DNA from: Eledone cirrhosa
Taxonomy: Eukaryota
Reading direction: 5' to 3'
Length of the DNA stretch: 64,000 nt
NCBI GenBank assembly: GCA_964016885.1
Contig: OZ024740.1
Location: 267,902,001 to 267,966,000 of the forward strand
Position numbers and translations under genes: made by a program. Below are positions 58,426 to 64,000 of this stretch, one piece after another; position 1 is the first letter of the stretch, and each line of letters opens with the position of its first letter. The notes below the pieces were generated by a model. That model saw only the letters and a list, made by a program, of their open reading frames with translations, had not been told where the DNA came from and did not search any database.

Positions 58426-58734
58426 GACCTGATCCGCAGATCACAACCCACACAAAACCTATTCCAAAACCGTAGACCCCTGCCCACACAGAGCCTGTTC
58501 CAAAACCATAGATCCCAACCCACACAAAGGAACCAAATCTACAACCCGGACTATCAACAAACCGAACCTCAATACGTCCGAAACTTCTATACAAGACCAC
58601 ACAACAACAGGGGAAATACCATTAGATATAATAATACCAATGAAAAAACATTCCAGAAAAATCATTTTTTAGACCAAGGCTACAGGACTCACGACACCCG
58701 GTGGCACAAACCGATTTTGAAAAACCGAAAATAA
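58426..58734 (+). CDS. C-terminal remnant of a putative PLE upstream ORF (Q/N/P/R-rich, ends ..FQKNHFLDQGYRTHDTRWHKPILKNRK*)
   Basis: Stop-free from the truncation junction to TAA 58732-58734. Overlaps the RT frame and contains TTTTTTA at 58665-58671. Confidence 0.6.
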   Translation, partial: DLIRRSQPTQNLFQNRRPLPTQSLFQNHRSQPTQRNQIYNPDYQQTEPQYVRNFYTRPHNNRGNTIRYNNTNEKTFQKNHFLDQGYRTHDTRWHKPILKNRK

Positions 58735-60971
58735 TTAACATTTCAAATACAAACCTCTCAGCCCAACAAGTAAAAATTCTCTCCAAAGGTCTGAAATTCA
58801 CACCAACACCACAATATCCTAACCCCAACGAGATAAATGACGATATCTCACACTTCTGTAGAAAATTACGTCTCACAGAGGAATTCTTTGACAAGGAGAA
58901 TAACGACGAATCAATTGTACGGAATAAAAGCAGCTACAACCCAACAAAAGGTAGAAACAGAGTTCTGGACAAATTTTGTGACCACATAGCTACCTTCCCA
59001 TACCATGAACTACCGCAACCTAAACCCAAACCCAACACAAGTCGAAGGGAATGGGAGATTATCCATGAACTAAAAAACAATCCGGACATTGTAATTAAGG
59101 AAGCGAACAAGGGAAGTACTGTTGTCATTATGGAGGCTGAAAAATATAAAAATTCTATGTTCTCTCTCTTACAAAATGGTAATTACTATGAAAGAGTAAA
59201 AAACTACCAGCAATCAAAAATAATGACCAAATTAAACACACTGATTTATCGATACCAGGAAGACCTAACTAAAAAGGAACGCGATTATTTAACAAATTTT
59301 GAAAACAAAACCAGCAACCTTTACGGACTTCCGAAGATCCACAAATGTAAAATAATCAACGATGCCTGTAAACAATCCACCTCAGCCTGCGTGAACACAC
59401 AATACCCCACAGACCTTAAATTAAGACCAATTGTAGCGGGCCCACAATGTGAAACACACAGATTGAGCAACTTTATAGACATACTACTGAAACCAATACT
59501 GAAACACATACCAAGCCTTGTAAGAGACGATCTGGACCTCTTAAACCACCTCCCCAAACATGTCAACAACGACACTATTATTGTGTCTTTCGATGTAGTG
59601 AATCTCTACACAACGATCCCACACCAATACGGACTAGAAGCAATAGGATTCTGGCTAGAGAAATATCCCAATGAGATACCTGACAGAATAGAAAAAAGCT
59701 TCATCACCGAGGGATTAAAATTCATCCTACAGAACAACTTTTTTGATTTCGATGGCAATACTTACAAGCAAATATCGGGGACTGCGATGGGCACAAAAGC
59801 CGCTCCAACTTATGCCAACTTAGTCATGGCATACTTAGAAGTCCAGATATATGAACAGTCCAAATCAAAATACGGATTGAACTTCCACAAATATTTATCA
59901 GAGAATTGGAAACGCTACTTGGATGATTGCCTCATTCTTTGGTCCCACACACTCGACCAACTGAATGATTTCAAAAACTTAATAAACGGCATCAATAACC
60001 ACATCCAATTCACAATGGAATACAGCCAAGATCAACTCCCATTTCTGGACATCTTAATCACAAAAAAAGACACAAATATCGAAACTGACATACACTACAA
60101 ACCAACAGATTCCAAACAATATCTGCTATTCACCTCCAACCATCCAAAGCACACGAAGACGAACATTCCTTTTAACCTAGCGAGAAGAATTTGCACAATT
60201 GTCTCCAATTATGAAACGCGAAATAAAAGACTTCAAGAATTAAAGGAAATTCTACTTGAGAGAGAGTACCCACTATTACTAATAAATAATGGAATAGCAA
60301 GGGCTAAAGCAATAGGCATTGATGAATTACGGAAACAGAAACAAATTCAAGGTACGTCCAATATTCTATCATATATCTCAACACACAACCCAAGAAATGC
60401 GGAAGCTTACAACACTATTCACAATAACATCCCACTACTAAAACAAAACCTAAGAATGAAAAAAGCCCTTGAAACACACAAAATAATCAAAAGCAAAAGA
60501 CAACCAAAATCACTGAAAACATTACTCACCAATGCCAAATTACCTACCACAAACCCACAACCAAGTATCAAAAAATGTGGTCGCTCTAATTGTGGAACCT
60601 GCACTCACCTCATTGAAGGCAACACGTATACATTTAAATCAGGACAAAATTTTACTGTAAAAAATCACTTCACTTGCTCATCAAAAAATCTAATTTATGC
60701 CATTAAATGTAAAGGATGCAATGAAGATTATATAGGACAAACTAAACTCACACTCAGAAACAGAATGACAGTTCATCGCCAACAATTACGAGATCCAACC
60801 ACGAGACAGATACCACTAAGTGCATATCTAGACATTTGCGCAAGTAATAAGACACCCAAATTCCAAGTCTTCCCATTTTACCTTTGCGCTAACAATACAA
60901 CAGAACAAATGCGAATAAATAAGGAAAATATGTTTATTCAAAAATATAGACCAACATTAAATAAGGTTTAA
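58644..60971 (+). CDS. Penelope-like element reverse transcriptase + C-terminal GIY-YIG endonuclease (Neptune-like)
   Basis: Uninterrupted 756-aa ORF (track start is GTG 58701; frame open from 58644). PLE motifs: IINIS..LSKGLKFTPTP, EANKGSTVVIM, LYGLPKIHK, LRPIVAG, SFDVVNLYTTIP, QISGTAMGTKAAPTYANLVM, RYLDDCL, LPFLDILI, HYKPTD..YL.FTSNHP. Then a CGRSNCGTC Zn motif and NLIYAIKCKGCNEDYIGQT..R...H (GIY-YIG). Confidence 0.96.
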   Translation, partial: KNIPEKSFFRPRLQDSRHPVAQTDFEKPKIINISNTNLSAQQVKILSKGLKFTPTPQYPNPNEINDDISHFCRKLRLTEEFFDKENNDESIVRNKSSYNPTKGRNRVLDKFCDHIATFPYHELPQPKPKPNTSRREWEIIHELKNNPDIVIKEANKGSTVVIMEAEKYKNSMFSLLQNGNYYERVKNYQQSKIMTKLNTLIYRYQEDLTKKERDYLTNFENKTSNLYGLPKIHKCKIINDACKQSTSACVNTQYPTDLKLRPIVAGPQCETHRLSNFIDILLKPILKHIPSLVRDDLDLLNHLPKHVNNDTIIVSFDVVNLYTTIPHQYGLEAIGFWLEKYPNEIPDRIEKSFITEGLKFILQNNFFDFDGNTYKQISGTAMGTKAAPTYANLVMAYLEVQIYEQSKSKYGLNFHKYLSENWKRYLDDCLILWSHTLDQLNDFKNLINGINNHIQFTMEYSQDQLPFLDILITKKDTNIETDIHYKPTDSKQYLLFTSNHPKHTKTNIPFNLARRICTIVSNYETRNKRLQELKEILLEREYPLLLINNGIARAKAIGIDELRKQKQIQGTSNILSYISTHNPRNAEAYNTIHNNIPLLKQNLRMKKALETHKIIKSKRQPKSLKTLLTNAKLPTTNPQPSIKKCGRSNCGTCTHLIEGNTYTFKSGQNFTVKNHFTCSSKNLIYAIKCKGCNEDYIGQTKLTLRNRMTVHRQQLRDPTTRQIPLSAYLDICASNKTPKFQVFPFYLCANNTTEQMRINKENMFIQKYRPTLNKV

Positions 60972-61461
60972 TATACATTATGTCAACACCACAATATGAC
61001 ATACACACACACACATAACACCTTCTACTTTAGAAAATAAAAACCCGAACTAAATAAACCTTAAAAATACGTTTGCACTGGCAATACAACAGCAAACACG
61101 AAAAAGTCAGGAAAATATGTTCATTCAAAAATATTCCTACTAAAGGAATCATTTTCCTACACACACACATACACACACACACAATATATATATATATATA
61201 TATTCTCTTCATCTTAACATGCTAACCATACTCCCACACACATAACACCCATACACACACATAACAACCCCCACACCTACAACACCCTCCCCATTTCTAC
61301 TAATAGAACCACTTTCCTACACACATATATATATACACACACACAAAATATATATTCTCTCTATCTAACATACTCGCACACACACACATAACACCCATAT
61401 ACACACACACACAACTCCCTCCTCCATCTCTACTAATAGAATCATCTTCCAATACACACAT

Positions 61462-61498
<37 letters not shown>

Positions 61499-62014
61499 AG
61501 CACACAAATAAACACATATCTTCAGTCTCAATAGAAAATCTGAACTCTGACACCTGAACTCTGACAGCTGGCCATATTCACTGAACCAGAACATTTCTCC
61601 CAATCCCTTTTCCCTTGACCACTATCTCTCCATTGTCATAACATTCACTATAAAGACTACAGAATAGTTTTCCAAATAAGGGCGCAAAAATGTAATGAAA
61701 ACTTGTTCACGTGACAGCCAAATTTCATTTATAACCAACCAAAAAAAAGCCTTCGTGAGCCTCATTTTTTCAAGTAAAAAGAAATTCAAACACTCATATA
61801 TGAAAAAACAACCTGTGACAACCCCCCCCCCCCCTCTCTTATTTGAAGAACTATTGTAACGCGAACTGGCGCGAAATTTATTATAATTATTGACAAACCA
61901 ATCAAATTACTTCTCGAAAAACCTGGTTTTCGAGCCACTTTTTCCATATAAAACAAGTAACATTTAGAGACCAACCAGATGTGAGAAAAACCACAGACCC
62001 TCCATCTCAACTCA

Positions 62015-62052
62015 CCTTTTGAAAAGCAGAAGAACTGCGAAACCGGTAAAGG
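62015..62052 (+). ncRNA. Minimal type I hammerhead ribozyme, U3-A8 core variant, in the PLE 3' pLTR
   Basis: CCUU-UUGAAAA-GCAG aagaa CUGC-GAAA-CCGG-UA-AAGG: 4-bp stem I, 4-bp stem II, palindromic ACCGGU stem III. Confidence 0.8.
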
Positions 62053-62121
62053 AACCAAATAAATATATATATTTTTTAAAATAATAAGACTTCAGTTGCA
62101 TTTTCGATTTCATCCCTTTTT

Positions 62122-62170
<49 letters not shown>

Positions 62171-62351
62171 TATGTATACCTACATACATATATGTATACA
62201 GACGTACACCAATATGTATATATATACATATATGCACACATATATACATGTACGTATGGATTTACCGAGTAACAGCCGTACTAAGAGTGAGAAATGAAAT
62301 TTCGTTTCATTTTTTCCATTTATATATATATACATACATATGTGTGTGTGC

Positions 62352-62395
<44 letters not shown>

Positions 62396-62559
62396 AGGGA
62401 GACACAAAGCAGGCTTTGTTTACAAACGGCTAGCGAATTTGAAAATTAGTTAGTAACATGTGTTTACGCCGTATTTGACTAAATATAATTCGTCTGTTAG
62501 TTGGGATTTAAAAAAAAAAAACCCTGAATATAAAAAAGGATGAGTATTGAAGTAGATTT

Positions 62560-62787
62560 GACACGAACCCAGAGACACCAAACATTTGAGACTGGTGAGC
62601 ACTGTAATTCATGGCCGTGTGCCAAGCAGCAGGGAAAGAGAGCAGCGAAGAAGGGGTTGGATGAGCGACATTTACGCATTAACCGACAGGAATCCCTGTG
62701 AGTTGATTAGAATAGTGGACAAGATTGCTTGGAGGAAATTGCGGCAGGCATCCGCGGACACTTGGGGTCTATGATGATGATGATGAT
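62560..62787 (+). mobile_element. RTE-like LINE 3' end with (GAT)n tail
   Basis: LVSTVIHGRVPSSR..RRRGWMSDI..DKIAWRKL then TGATGATGATGAT. Confidence 0.65.
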
Positions 62788-63193
62788 ATCCAAATATTTG
62801 TATCGAATGTCTAATTTTGTGAGACTTGAAATGATATATTGAACACAATGAGGTTCATCAGATTGGGACACTTACCCCAGTTTGACTGGTATTAAGTGGC
62901 AGAGAGTACTAGGCAACCCCTAGACATGACGCCAGTCTATCGCATTGTTAATCTCTTTTTTATCCTGTTATTCATTTTCATCTAATTTGACTAGTGTATC
63001 GTCAAATGAAGTATTTTCATGCTACCCGATCCAGGAATTAAACTTACGACATGGCATACGTAAGCCGAACGTCTTAACTACTAGGCCACGCACATATTTC
63101 GAGTAAGCGGGGTGTCAGGGGAAAACTTACATCTAACCGAGTCAACGCCATAGATTTTAGTACGGTGGTCGATTCTTAATCTTTTTCTGTTAA

Positions 63194-63272
<79 letters not shown>

Positions 63273-64000
63273 CTTTCTGGAAGAAATCTTTGTTCAGACC
63301 TGGTGAGGCATAGGCTTCGGCAGATTTTAAATGCCCGTGACACGACGTGTGCTAGGAAGGTGCCTCTACGAGTACATACGGAATTAAAGGCCATTTCCTT
63401 CTCTTTTTTTCTTTTGGAAATTCTATTAGTGAAATTTGGCTACATGTATTCTGTACAAAAGTCAGTGAGGCAGTCTCTGCTAGCAGGTTGTAATCTGTTA
63501 TCCCGTTTACTCATCCAAAGCCGTACATAGCGCCGGTATTACCAATAAGCTAACTAGGCAGACACTTAGGGTACATGCTTCAGAGAGATGAATTACTGAA
63601 TCTTTAAAGTTTATACAAATTCATATAATTAATTTAAATGTAAAATAATTTCCTGCCATAACGTAATTAATCACTAAGCATCATTGCTACGATAGAGCGT
63701 TGTGGAAATATCCCAAACAGCGGAAAGAGTCGTCTGGTTGTAGGACATGTAGCATGATTTTCCGTGGGTTAATGTGAACTGTGTAGTAGAAAATGCAGGC
63801 TTGATAATTTTCTTAGTATATTCCGAGCAAAATGTATAAAAAATTAGGTGTATTTATAGCGATGAGTTTTGATGATCATGTTGGTAGTTGATGGTGTTGT
63901 GGTGTTGATTCGTTTGTTGCGTGTGTGCTCACTTGTAGCTTCCTGTGTCGTGTGGTCAGTGTTTTGTGATATTGTGACCAGATGTGTGCAGGTAAGTGAG

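Larger units (their letters stand above)
56516..62128 (+). mobile_element. Penelope-like retroelement with inverted 3' duplication (inverted pseudo-LTR), inserted in (TA)n
   Basis: 56516-58423 is the near-identical reverse complement of ~60273-62128 (the left arm extends ~60 bp further 3'). The forward 5'-truncated copy starts at 58424. Both ends abut (TA)n runs. Confidence 0.93.

Noticed and set aside
63990-64000. CAG|GTAAGT splice-donor consensus at the window end
   Set aside because: No supportable upstream exon.

Overview
Eukaryotic, AT-rich, microsatellite-saturated non-genic DNA. An octopod cephalopod is my inference from the SINE and microsatellite landscape, not something the sequence proves. 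No host gene could be supported. The window is a pile-up of mobile DNA: (i) a near-intact Neptune-like Penelope element (PLE; RT + C-terminal GIY-YIG, 58424-62128) with a 1.9-kb inverted copy of its 3' end; (ii) two truncated Hydra-like PLEs; (iii) a decayed 4-kb Tx1/L1-clade LINE and several Tx1 3' fragments; (iv) RTE- and CRE-like fragments; (v) about 25 copies of a tRNA-derived SINE; (vi) mariner and pogo-like MITEs and non-autonomous Helitrons. Read by eye on both strands, more than 10 different short repeat families embedded in (TA)n carry type I hammerhead ribozyme (HHR) folds. These include two with the compensatory U3-A8 core, a family fixed for an A4 core, forms with very long stem II, and a ~430-nt retrozyme-like unit. 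The intact PLE also appears bicistronic: an upstream ORF runs into a U-UUU-UUA slippery heptamer plus hairpin, and a -1 shift lands exactly in the ATG-less RT-endonuclease frame. All folds were derived manually and none is experimentally tested.
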